Below the pieces are notes generated by a model. It saw only the letters and a list, made by a program, of their open reading frames with translations, was not told the DNA's origin and did not search any database. Both the position numbers and the translations under genes were made by a program. A stretch of 63,133 nt of DNA, counting the filler, from Octopus bimaculoides (Eukaryota), in the NCBI RefSeq assembly GCF_001194135.2. It is 5 parts of 5 records of this genome, joined end to end, with 100 filler letters (N's around TTAATTAATTAA, not from the genome) between each part and the next. Parts side by side here need not be neighbours in the genome. Positions count along the whole stretch, not along the records: positions 45,720 to 59,879 come from NC_068982.1; positions 59,980 to 61,796 come from NW_026358435.1; positions 61,897 to 63,133 come from NW_026404166.1; 2 more parts are not named here. One strand, written 5' to 3'. Shown piece by piece: positions 52,850 through 63,133 of the stretch; within the stretch, counting starts at the first letter, position 1; every line of letters begins with the position of its first letter.

Positions 52850-53055
52850 CAGTAATCCCACGACTATCGCGAGTGTTACGTTCCAAAACCTCCCACAGAA
52901 ATAATTAAAATCTAAAAGAATCTAAATACCTATCGGCCGCAGAAACCCGCGATATACTGAGGAGTCCGCGATATAAATTTACATATATTAGCCAGAAAAA
53001 TCCGCAATGTACTGAGTGCGCGATAGGTGAACCGCGATTTGGTGAGGGATTACTG
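52850..53055. mobile_element. 206-bp pogo/Tigger-type MITE
   Basis: TIR CAGTAATCCC...GGGATTACTG, TA on the left flank (TG on the right), internal cgcgat motifs. Confidence 0.75.
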
Positions 53056-53414
53056 TGTATTCTAACGAATCTTTATTTTCAAGATGGCTGGTTGTCATTT
53101 AAAGCAGTGTTAACTGTTACTTTTAGCAGGGTTTGTGACCACACAGAGATTTTCTTGACTTTTTGTTGTCGTTGTTGTTGTTGTTGATCCATTAGAACTA
53201 TAAGCTATGAAAGGCAATCTAGCTGTGACCATCGTCTTTTTTCTGACATTCTATTTAAAGCTGTTAGAGTTATTTAAACATTTATACTGTGTGCGTAAAA
53301 TACACACAATATAAATAATAACATTAATTCATATGGTACCAACTAGTAAATATTTATTTAATAACGAACCGTATAATCCACACACTCGAAAACGTATTTC
53401 TGTAAAATGTTGGT

Positions 53415-53721
53415 AGTGGGGTGGGGTCGTGGTGAAATTTCCCAAGGTTCCACCCTACCCCACCCCACTCCCGGACCAAAAAAAAAAAGGCTTTTGTGGC
53501 ATATTAGGAGGTCATCGTAATTCATTCAACGAAAAAAAAGAAAGAAATTCCAATGATTCCGGGATGAGGGGGTAGAGATCGCCTTCTCTTTTTTCCGAAC
53601 AAAAATAAGGGGTTTGCGGCACATTAAGAGGTCAGGGTATTTGATTCCACGCAAAAAACCGAGTTTTTTCTTCGTCTTTTTTCTAAGTGAAACGCGTGCG
53701 GGTGTACTTATCAAAATTTAC
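53415..53721. mobile_element. Longer member of the GGTAA-TIR family (right end)
   Basis: Ends ctaagtgaaacgcgtgcgggtgtacttatcaaaatttac, similar to the MITE TIR; the body is the reverse complement of 59664-59879. Confidence 0.7.
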
Positions 53722-53959
53722 TTAATCCAGTGTGGCCCTCCTTTTTTTTAAGACTGTAGAAGAGTGATCGGAAAAAGACTTTAGCTATAATTTCTAGCTG
53801 GTCGAGTGAGCACATAAAGACTCTGTGGTTGTTGATGTTCTTGTTATTGTAGTCATCGTTGGTAGTGTTAATAATGATGTTAGTGTTGTTTTCTTGTTGA
53901 AGGTGCTGTTGATGTTATTATAATGTAATTCCGAATTAGATAGTTTCTATGTAACTTAA

Positions 53960-54445
53960 AGGAATTTCAACCATGTTTCGTGGTCTGCTACCACAACAGC
54001 TCCTTTATAGGATCCAGTTAGCTCAAGACATCATCAGGAGGAACCACGTCTGGTTTCGGCCCCTACTCGTCTACCGTTTTGATGTGGCGGGGCCCTCCTT
54101 TCGGAGGTGTCTTCAGCTCTGGTGTTGGGTGCATGTCTTCTTTCTTCTATTCCCTGGCCTCTTCGATGCAGCATCAACGAGTGTCAGCGTCCGACTGACT
54201 GTCTTGTCAAATTCCCCTTTTTATACCTGCTGCTAGGCTCCAGCAGGCTGCCCAGCAAGTTGTCACATGACACTGTCTAAACTTTACCTGATCCAAATCT
54301 TTTCTCTCCTTCCTGGTAGATTGTATAAGCCAGGTTCTCGAGCTTTTGTTCGTCGTCGCCTTTGAATTTGATGGTCATTCTCGATACCTCGTTGTCGAAT
54401 TTTTTATAACTCGCTGCGTCATTTGCTTTCGGCCACTTAATCAAT
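53960..54445 (-). mobile_element. Non-LTR retrotransposon fragment resembling the HERO-clade pre-RT region
   Basis: IKWPKANDAASYKKFDNEV...KLENLAYTIYQEGEKRFG; cut at the 5' side by a SINE. Clade assignment from memory of the motif. Confidence 0.55.
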
Positions 54446-54448
54446 ACA

Positions 54449-54853
54449 GGCGCAGGAGTGACTGTGTGGTAAGTAGCTTGCTTACCAACCACATGGTTCT
54501 GGGTTCAGTCCCGCTGCCCACCTTGGGCAAGTGTCTTCTCTTATAGCCTCGGGCCGACCAAAGCCTTGTGAGTGGATTTGGTAGACGGAAACTGAAAGAA
54601 GCCCGTCGTATATATGTATATATATATATATGTATATGTGTGTATATGTTTGTGTGTCTGTGTTTGTCCTCCCAACATCGCTTGACAACCGATGCTGGTG
54701 TGTTTACATCCCCGTAACTTAGCGGTTCGGCAAAAGAGACTGATAGAATAAGTACTAGGCTTACAAAGTCCTGGGGTCGATTTACTCGACTAAAGGCGGT
54801 GCCCCAGCATGGCCGCAGTCAAATGACTGAAACAAGTAAAAAAGTAAAAGAGA
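54449..54853 (+). mobile_element. SINE family A, full length
   Basis: Head ggcgcaggagtgactgtgtggtaag, CORE-like block, microsatellite, tail. Confidence 0.93.
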
Positions 54854-55189
54854 ATACATTTCATTTACTATAGTAATTAATCCTTTATGAATACCATGTT
54901 TTTCATAACTTACTTTTCTGACACATAACTCTTATGGCTCTATTAAAAAGCTTTAAAAAAATAAATTTCATTTTACTTCCTTATGGCAAAAATTGGGCGT
55001 GAGTTTGTGTTTGAGTGCACTCCGTATTTTATATGCATTTGTGCTTTTGTATCTGTTTATACAATTCCTCTTTTAAAACTTCCACGCTGAAACCTCTCTT
55101 CACATACAGCCTAGACATCTCACATAAAATCTCATATTCAATGAACAGATATGTCGAAAACAACCGTCAATGAAATCGTTCATGTCTTG

Positions 55190-55560
55190 TTTTCTTGAAC
55201 AGCAAAAGGACGCAAACACCACACATATCAAGAAAACATTATCACATTTCACTTCCCACATTAAACACAATCTGGATGAAAGTAGAACCTTTTAAGATCG
55301 CAACAAATACTAGGCCTCTCTCTCTCTCAATCACTGAGGATTTCCGCCTGTGGGGAAAACGTATACTCAATACAGTAAAGACTGACGCAAGGAAATACTT
55401 CTTCCTCTATCAACTATCAGCATTCTGCAAAGCTCAGGCACAGACGTCCTCGACTACCCATGAAGAAATGATACCCAACTGACTGGCATAAATTCGCTGA
55501 CCAACGCACACTGACATCTAGCTCTTCACGCTGCCTTTTCCGGTGCTACGAGTGGTTACT
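55190..55560 (+). mobile_element. CR1-like LINE 3' end remnant
   Basis: Peptide ending LNTVKTDARKYFF resembles the CR1 RK.FF..RV..WN.LP terminus. Confidence 0.5.
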
Positions 55561-55680
55561 CATCTTTAGAGCCTGCTAATCTTAAGCCATCTCTACTCAA
55601 ATATTCCCAATTCATTCGTCTATGCCATGTTGATTATCCACTGTACATGAGAATTTAGCTGTTCCTAGGCGAGTTACTGT

Positions 55681-55862
55681 GGAGGCGCAATGGCCCAGTG
55701 GTTAGGGCAGCGGACTCGTGGTCATAGGATCGCGGTTTCGATTCCCAGATGGAGCGTTGTGAGTGTTTATTGAGCGAAAACGCCTAAAGCTCCACGAGGC
55801 TTCGGCAGGGGATGGTGGCGAACCCTGCTGTACTCTCTCACCACAACTTTCTTTCACTCTTA
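55681..55862 (+). mobile_element. SINE family B, 5' part (truncated by gap)
   Basis: Head with A/B boxes. Confidence 0.9.
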
Positions 55863-56690
55863 CNNNNNNNNNNNNNNNNNNNNNNNNNNNNNNNNNNNNN
55901 NNNNNNNNNNNNNNNNNNNNNNNNNNNNNNNNNNNNNNNNNNNNNNNNNNNNNNNNNNNNNNNNNNNNNNNNNNNNNNNNNNNNNNNNNNNNNNNNNNNN
56001 NNNNNNNNNNNNNNNNNNNNNNNNNNNNNNNNNNNNNNNNNNNNNNNNNNNNNNNNNNNNNNNNNNNNNNNNNNNNNNNNNNNNNNNNNNNNNNNNNNNN
56101 NNNNNNNNNNNNNNNNNNNNNNNNNNNNNNNNNNNNNNNNNNNNNNNNNNNNNNNNNNNNNNNNNNNNNNNNNNNNNNNNNNNNNNNNNNNNNNNNNNNN
56201 NNNNNNNNNNNNNNNNNNNNNNNNNNNNNNNNNNNNNNNNNNNNNNNNNNNNNNNNNNNNNNNNNNNNNNNNNNNNNNNNNNNNNNNNNNNNNNNNNNNN
56301 NNNNNNNNNNNNNNNNNNNNNNNNNNNNNNNNNNNNNNNNNNNNNNNNNNNNNNNNNNNNNNNNNNNNNNNNNNNNNNNNNNNNNNNNNNNNNNNNNNNN
56401 NNNNNNNNNNNNNNNNNNNNNNNNNNNNNNNNNNNNNNNNNNNNNNNNNNNNNNNNNNNNNNNNNNNNNNNNNNNNNNNNNNNNNNNNNNNNNNNNNNNN
56501 NNNNNNNNNNNNNNNNNNNNNNNNNNNNNNNNNNNNNNNNNNNNNNNNNNNNNNNNNNNNNNNNNNNNNNNNNNNNNNNNNNNNNNNNNNNNNNNNNNNN
56601 NNNNNNNNNNNNNNNNNNNNNNNNNNCTCTGTACTCGAAAATGGGGGATTCTGTAAAAAAAAAAAAAAAAAAAAGACGTCCGCCGTAATC

Positions 56691-56880
56691 TATCGATATA
56701 AAACTCACTTAGAGAACATTAGTGAGGCAGGACTATACAATACAAAATTAACAAAGAGGACATTAGAGATGCGGGAGTATACCTACTTAAAACTCGCAAA
56801 GAAAACGTTGACGAAGTATGTGTATATCACGATAAAACTCACGAAAAGAACATTGAATAGGCACGTGTGTATCGACTTTA
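56691..56880 (+). repeat. Degenerate 45-bp (15-codon) tandem repeat, 4+ units
   Basis: Units at 56691, 56736 (44 nt), 56780, 56825 and 56870 (partial); share aaaact, gagaacatt and gtgtat cores. Confidence 0.75.
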
Positions 56881-57239
56881 AAACTAAAATATATCCTGAC
56901 TACACAAAGCACTGAAATCTTACCTACACGAACGCTGAATCACCACAAAACAGTACGGAAAACCGGAAGTACCACCATTTTCTTGTTCGTTATTTTCCTG
57001 TGAAAGTCCATAACTCTAAGAACAGTACAAAGGAAACAAAACCTATCAATATACAAATAAGCCAAAAGACAAGGAGGAGCCTCTTCATGGCCATTCGATC
57101 TATTAGAAACAACAGCCAAAACTGTCTTAACTTGCATCCTGTTGTCTTAAGAAATGACATCCGGTAACTGGGATTAGACGTTGTCTTTCGTAATAGCAGC
57201 AGTAGCTGTTGTTGTTTAGAAGGTCAAATATAAAAAATC

Positions 57240-57730
57240 TTATCAACCACGAACCACGACGACATTGACGACGGTCTCAACGTCGACGACGACAGCAACA
57301 ACGACAACAGCAGAAGAAGCTACAGCAGCATTCTCAAATTCCTCAAATTGCACACTGATACGATTGAACAAGACTTGTAACAGACATGAAACTAAACAAC
57401 GATAATAACAATAACAACAACAACAACAACAACAACAACAGTATTCTTAAGAAATCACAGAAAGACTTCTTACAAACACCACCAGCTCACAATCTCCTTT
57501 CTGCTTCACTATTCACCAATCTTTCACAAAAGTTACGCGACTTCAACAACAGCTACAACGACGACAACAGCAGTAACACTAACATGAACAAAACCAACCA
57601 ACCTACCGTCAACGTCTGCATAATATTTGGCTCTAGAATACCACCACCACCAGCAGCAGCAGCAGCAGCAGCAACAACAACAACAACAGTAACAGCAACA
57701 GCCACAGCATTTACCACAACCAATACTAAA
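57240..57730. repeat. CAA/CAG/GAC trinucleotide-rich low-complexity region
   Basis: Direct reading. Confidence 0.85.
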
Positions 57731-58070
57731 AGGAGAGCTTTTACGTAATCGCTTCGTTTGCTAGATATAGCAACCAAGTCAACCTTAAATGTTAGCTTGC
57801 TGTCTTACTGAAAAAAATGGTCACTTTGGATAATGTAGTTACAACGTCTCCTTTGTAAGAGACAGGATGTTCACGCCTGGAATGTCATTTATAATAGGTC
57901 AACTCAGTGACTACTGACCTAAATTCAAACAATAGTACGACTAAAAAAATATGTCTACCCGAATATATTTTCAGTAATTTATGTGTATATATATATATAA
58001 AGATATATGCGCATATTATTTAATAACAGTTTGATTCAGCTCTATGCAACTTAAAATTTCGTTGGCTCGT

Positions 58071-58158
58071 AAGATTACACAATACTTTGGCGAAAATTGC
58101 GCAATCTTATCGATTCGTGACGTCATGTGAAATTTTCGCCGAACGATTGTGTAATCTT
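58071..58158. promoter_or_regulatory. 28-bp inverted repeat enclosing perfect C/EBP (ATTGCGCAAT) and CRE (TGACGTCA) palindromes
   Basis: Arms at 58071-58098 and 58131-58158; ATTGCGCAAT at 58096-58105; TGACGTCA at 58118-58125. Function untested. Confidence 0.45.
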
Positions 58159-59663
58159 GTCAGCTTATTTCATGACACACGTGTACAGTTTATAAAGCTT
58201 AAAATAATCAACTATATTTTCTGTATTTTATTAATGCTATTACGTGGTTCGTATTCCAAGCGCTAGCCTATCCTGAGGCTTCATGCACTTCATCTAACTG
58301 CACTGGATACAGGAGTGGAACCTGGAATTCACTGTCGTGATTTATGGCGCGCAGCCCCCCCCCCACACGCACTCATACATATATACACATTCATATACAC
58401 ATGTACCACATGCATACATACACACACACACATACATATAACATATATATGTAAATATGAATATGTTATGTAGGTGCAGGTGTGGCTGAGTGGTAAGAGG
58501 CTAGCTTCCCAACCACGTGGTTTCGCGTTCAGCTCCACTGCGTGGCATCTTTGTCCAAATAGCCTTGTGAGTGGATTTGGTAGACGGCATAAATCATAAA
58601 TCATATATATATATATAGATACATATATATGTATATATATATATATTTATATATATATATCATTCAACCTCGGTAGTGGTTGAATATATTCTTTAAGTCC
58701 ACCATTTCGTCAATCACAGCAGCTTCCAAGCTTCACCACTAATTCAGTTCTCAACTAAATTGCAAACTGTTAATAGTTTTAAAGAGGACACCTCCTCAGC
58801 TACACTTTGGCNNNNNNNNNNNNNNNNNNNNNNNNNNNNNNNNNNNNNNNNNNNNNNNNNNNNNNNNNNNNNNNNNNNNNNNNNNNNNNNNNNNNNNNNN
58901 NNNNNNNNNNNNNNNNNNNNNNNNNNNNAGTATACCTTTCTTAGGCTTAAATGTTAGAATCGCTAGTCACATTGAACAAAAATTAGTAGAAATAGAGTTA
59001 TGAGGTAATATGTTACGAAATTTCATATTAATAAGTAAGGAAGTAAAGGAGTATCGCTTAAAAATAAGAATAAAGAATGTATTTCTAAAATGAATGTTTA
59101 ATTTCAAAGGCGACGAGATGGCAGAAACGTTAGCCCGTCGAGCGAAATACTTAGCAGTATTTCGTCTACTTTTACGTTTTTTGAGTTCAAATTTCGCCGA
59201 GGTCGACTTTGACGTACAGATTATTTAATTAATTTTTTAAAACTAAACACTTTCAATCTTCCGATACTGGTAGAATGTGTTACATAGAACAGAGTTTTCT
59301 CTTAACATTTTTGACAAAATTTTATATTTTAGAAGTTATTTCGTCAGAAGTTACAGAGTGACAATGGACTAATTCGTGTTTGATAAGTGCCAATATACGA
59401 AACTATCAGCTTTTGACTTACTCTCTAACTTCTGCAGAATGTGTAAAAAAATCTCATCATGCAATCGAACCAATGAAAGGGCCTCTACCTGGTCGCTCGA
59501 CACGCTAAAAATAGCAGCCAAAGTATCCCCCTACCTAAATCACACGCCCATTGTATGTAATGTCCTAGATTATCCCTAAAAAGACGGTTTGCTGAAGGCT
59601 GGAATGTCTTTGATGGTACGTTTGCAGTATCAGGGTTGATTTGAGGCTAAATAACAATATTAT

Positions 59664-59879
59664 GGTCAATTTCTATATTAACATCCGCACGATTTTCACT
59701 AAGAAAAAAAAAATGATTTTTTGCGTGGAATCAAGTGATCTGACTTTCTATGCTGCAAATCCTTTATTTTGGTTCGGAAAAAAATGAGGTGCCTCTCCTC
59801 CCCCATCCCGGAATCATTGGAAAAATTTTTTTTTTCGTTGAATGAATTCCTGTGACCTCCTAATATTGCAAAATTAGGT
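59664..59879. mobile_element. Longer member of the GGTAA-TIR family (left end; truncated by gap)
   Basis: Starts ggtcaatttctatattaacatccgcacgattttcactaag; the body is an inverted homolog of about 53500-53721. Confidence 0.72.
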
Positions 59880-60096
59880 NNNNNNNNNNNNNNNNNNNNN
59901 NNNNNNNNNNNNNNNNNNNNNNNTTAATTAATTAANNNNNNNNNNNNNNNNNNNNNNNNNNNNNNNNNNNNNNNNNNNNCATACATACATACATACATAC
60001 TATATATATAGTGAGAATTTACAAAAGAACAAAAGACGGGTGTGTAAACAACAAACAGATGTATTAGTTTAACACTCGGAAAGTGAGAAAGTCTTC

Positions 60097-60124
60097 TACG
60101 TTTCGAGCCTACGCTCTTCGACAG
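60097..60124 (-). ncRNA. Minimal hammerhead-ribozyme-like motif (variant core) in a short microsatellite-flanked repeat
   Basis: Minus strand CUGUCGA-A-GAGC(GUAG)GCUC-GAAA-C-G-UA; the core has U where A6 is canonical and stem I is weak. Confidence 0.4.
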
Positions 60125-60136
60125 AAGGGAACGCAG

Positions 60137-60202
<66 letters not shown>

Positions 60203-61442
60203 TATACTACCCATGACCTGTTGGGTCACCTGGAAAGTCTGAGTTTCCCAGCAACGGAATTTTGTTTCATGGTTTTGGTTCTTTTCCAGGTTATTTCGCA
60301 TGCTTTCAACGAATGTGATATCGAAATCACGCGTAAACGACTCCTTTAACCGAAAAAGAAAAGATTTGGCTGCTAATTCTTGCACACCCTGCTACCACGT
60401 AACAAGTATTTCGGGTCCTTTATCGCAAATAGCCGTTACGTAGTAGCAAGGTGTGCTAGAAATTGCAGCCAAATCTTAGGAGTTGAGATACGTTGAATGC
60501 ACTCGAAAAACATTTTGTAATGGTATTCCCTTGGGGGTGGGGGAATCTTTCGCTTTGACTCTCAGAATTGTCGCTTTGACTCTCAGAACTGTCATCCGGT
60601 TCAGCTATTTTTCTTCGTTAATTTTCGTGAAAAATTTTTGTTTATTTACTTTTGCTTTAAAGTGAAAGAAAGGAGAAAGTGAAAGATGTATGAACGAGTA
60701 TATGAAATGGACGTGTGTGTGTGTGTGTGTGTGAGAGAGAGTGCCACTTACACATACATGGGAACACACAGGTTCACTCACTCACTCACTCACTCTCTCT
60801 CTCTCTCTCTCTCTTTCTCCCCCTCTCTCTCTCTCACTCACACACACACACATTCATTTCATTTACACGTATATACATCTTTTACTTTCTCCTCTCTTTC
60901 ATTTTAAAACAAAAATAAACAAAAAAATTTTTTTACGGAACATTAAAATTTCTGTTTAAAGAAAGCTAAAATATAATACTTACTGTACAAACGACTTTTT
61001 GTTTGTACACATTCAGTTAAAGATATTTCTAAATGATTAAAATATTATGTGCGTCAAAACGTTGACATTATTTTTCTTCTTAGAGAGCACGAAAACTATG
61101 TGTGTGTATATGTCACAGACAGCAGACGTGTGTTTGTGTTAATTGACACACCATGACATTCATTATGTATGTGTATTCTGTATGTGTATATGTGTGTTGA
61201 CGTCACGGAAACCATGTTTTTGTTTCAAGAAATAACAAACAAAAATTGTGTTTATTCGTTTTCTTTAATAAATAGAGGTCCAAATGTCACAAAAGTTTGT
61301 ACTGCATTGTCGAAGGTAAGTATGAAAATAAATATGCAAAAAAAAAATTAAGATAAAATAAACTACTTCTGAGACAGCTCGGCTACAGACAAGCATCCCT
61401 AGAGTTTTAGAACTATTAAGATATATATATATGTGTATGTGT

Positions 61443-61796
61443 GGAGGCGCAATGGCCCAGTGGTAAGGGCAGTGAATTCGCGGTCGTAGGATCACGGTTT
61501 CGATTCCGAGACCGGGCATTGTGAGTGTTTATTGAGCGAAAATACCTAAAGCTCCAAGAGGCACCGGCAGGGGATGGTGGCGAGCCCTGCTGTACTCTTT
61601 CACCACAACTTTCTCTCACTCTAGCTTCCTGTTTCTGTTGTACCTGGATTTCAAAGGGCCAGCCTTGTCACACTCTAGGTCACGCTGAATCTCCTCGAGA
61701 ACTACGTAAATGGTACACGCGTCTGTGGAGGGCTCAGCCACTTGCACATTCCGTTGATCGGATCGACTAGAACCCTCGTCGTAGTACCACAACAAC
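61443..61796 (+). mobile_element. SINE family B
   Basis: Head, body and (CAA)n tail running into a gap. Confidence 0.9.
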
Positions 61797-62831
61797 NNNN
61801 NNNNNNNNNNNNNNNNNNNNNNNNNNNNNNNNNNNNNNNNTTAATTAATTAANNNNNNNNNNNNNNNNNNNNNNNNNNNNNNNNNNNNNNNNNNNNAAAA
61901 GAAAAAAAAAGAAATATCCACAGAAATATCAACAAAACAAAATGAAGTAAAGAAGGATGTAAAACAACCAGCATCATTACTTGAAGAAAATGACTCACAT
62001 CTTATTTCTTACGCCGTTTTGCAGAATCGTTTTTAAGGTAGCAACAACTAGTATTAGGCTAAGACTCAATATTAAAACAAAAAATACCATGTCGTTACGT
62101 TACTATTACATGCTTTTAACATCCTTTTGCAGTTTCGGACAGTTATCGCAGTTTGCTTTGGCTTACGGCAACGAAATAAAAAATGAAAATGAAAGTAGAA
62201 ATAGAAATAAAGGAGCAACGAAGAGGTAAGTTAAAAGTAAAAGAAGGGGAAGAAGGAATAGGGATTAACGAATAAATGCAAATAAGAAGAGAATGAATAA
62301 AAGAAGAAATGAACGAAATAAGCGATAATATAATATCTGAAGAAATAAAAAGACTAACAAGCAACCAAATCTTTCGGGAGTCGAACAGAATAGAAGAAAT
62401 AAAAGAAGAACGAAAGGAAAGGGGGAGAGAAAGAATAAAAGTAGGAAGGCAAGCGAACAGGAAAGGTGAGCAAGAAAGAAAGAGAGAAAAGACAGAAAGA
62501 GAGAGAAGAGGAAACAATCTCGATGTGTATGTAATCTGTAATGAGACAGTCAGCTTTCGGAGAAGTGTAGTGTTGGGGGAGCGCTATGATCCAGTTGATT
62601 AGAAATGTTTAGTGATCCGGTTTCCGACATGACTCACACTCACGCATACGTATATATGTATGAATGTATGTATGTATGTATGTATGTATGTATGTGTATA
62701 GATGGATGGATGGATGGATGGATGGATGGATGGTCGGACGGATGGATATATATATAAATATAGATACATAAATAAATATACATATGAATATATACACACA
62801 CACACGCACACACACACACACACACACACGC

Positions 62832-62862
<31 letters not shown>

Positions 62863-62864
62863 CT

Positions 62865-63060
62865 CTTTTCATTCTTGTTTCAGTCATTTGACTGCGGCCA
62901 CGCTGGAGCACCGCCTTTAGTCGAGCAAATCGACCCCAGGACTTATTCTTTGTAAGCCTAGTTTTTATTCCATCGGTCAATTTTGGCGAACCCCTAGGTT
63001 ACGGGGACGTAGACACCAGCATCGGTTGTCAAGCGATGGCGGGGGGACACATACAAACAC
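62865..63060 (-). mobile_element. SINE family A tail half
   Basis: cttgtttcagtcatttgactgcggcc...gaccccaggacttattc...gcatcggttgtcaagcg. Confidence 0.88.
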
Positions 63061-63133
63061 ACAAACATATCCATATACATGTGTATATATATATATAATT
63101 TACATATATCTCAACGTTAATATGTTTATACAT

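Noticed and set aside
60550-60591. 21-bp direct duplication tcgctttgactctcagaa(t/c)tg
   Set aside because: Only two units with no spacer; a simple slippage duplication, not CRISPR-like.
62143-62602. ORFs of 124 aa (minus) and 97 aa (plus)
   Set aside because: GA-rich low-complexity tract with no recognisable domain.

Overview
Repeat-dense, AT-rich eukaryotic genomic DNA from a draft assembly with 11 N gaps, four of which carry TTAATTAATTAA padding. The SINE families and microsatellite load are those I associate with octopus (inference). The window is mostly nested, decayed transposable elements. There are three tRNA-derived SINE families (about 20 copies, several with 12-16 bp TSDs) and fragments of RTE, L1/Tx1, R4/Dong-like, HERO-like, CR1-like and Penelope-like non-LTR elements. 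It also holds Ty3/Gypsy gag-pro and RT-RNaseH remnants, two mariner copies, a foldback element and a cluster of MITEs at 50.5-53.7 kb. No intact protein-coding gene is evident; a few minus-strand candidate exons exist, the best resembling a ricin-B/beta-trefoil subrepeat. The most notable observations are: a hairpin MITE built from inward-facing telomere-like TTAGGG arrays (8-bp TSD); a 9-bp-TSD MITE carrying octamer+CCAAT modules in both TIRs; hammerhead-like motifs in Penelope-related repeats; RTE (GAT)n tails joined to host GATG/CATC motifs; a hairpin enclosing perfect C/EBP and CRE sites; and a decayed 15-codon tandem repeat. All alignments were done by eye, and boundaries without a TSD are approximate.
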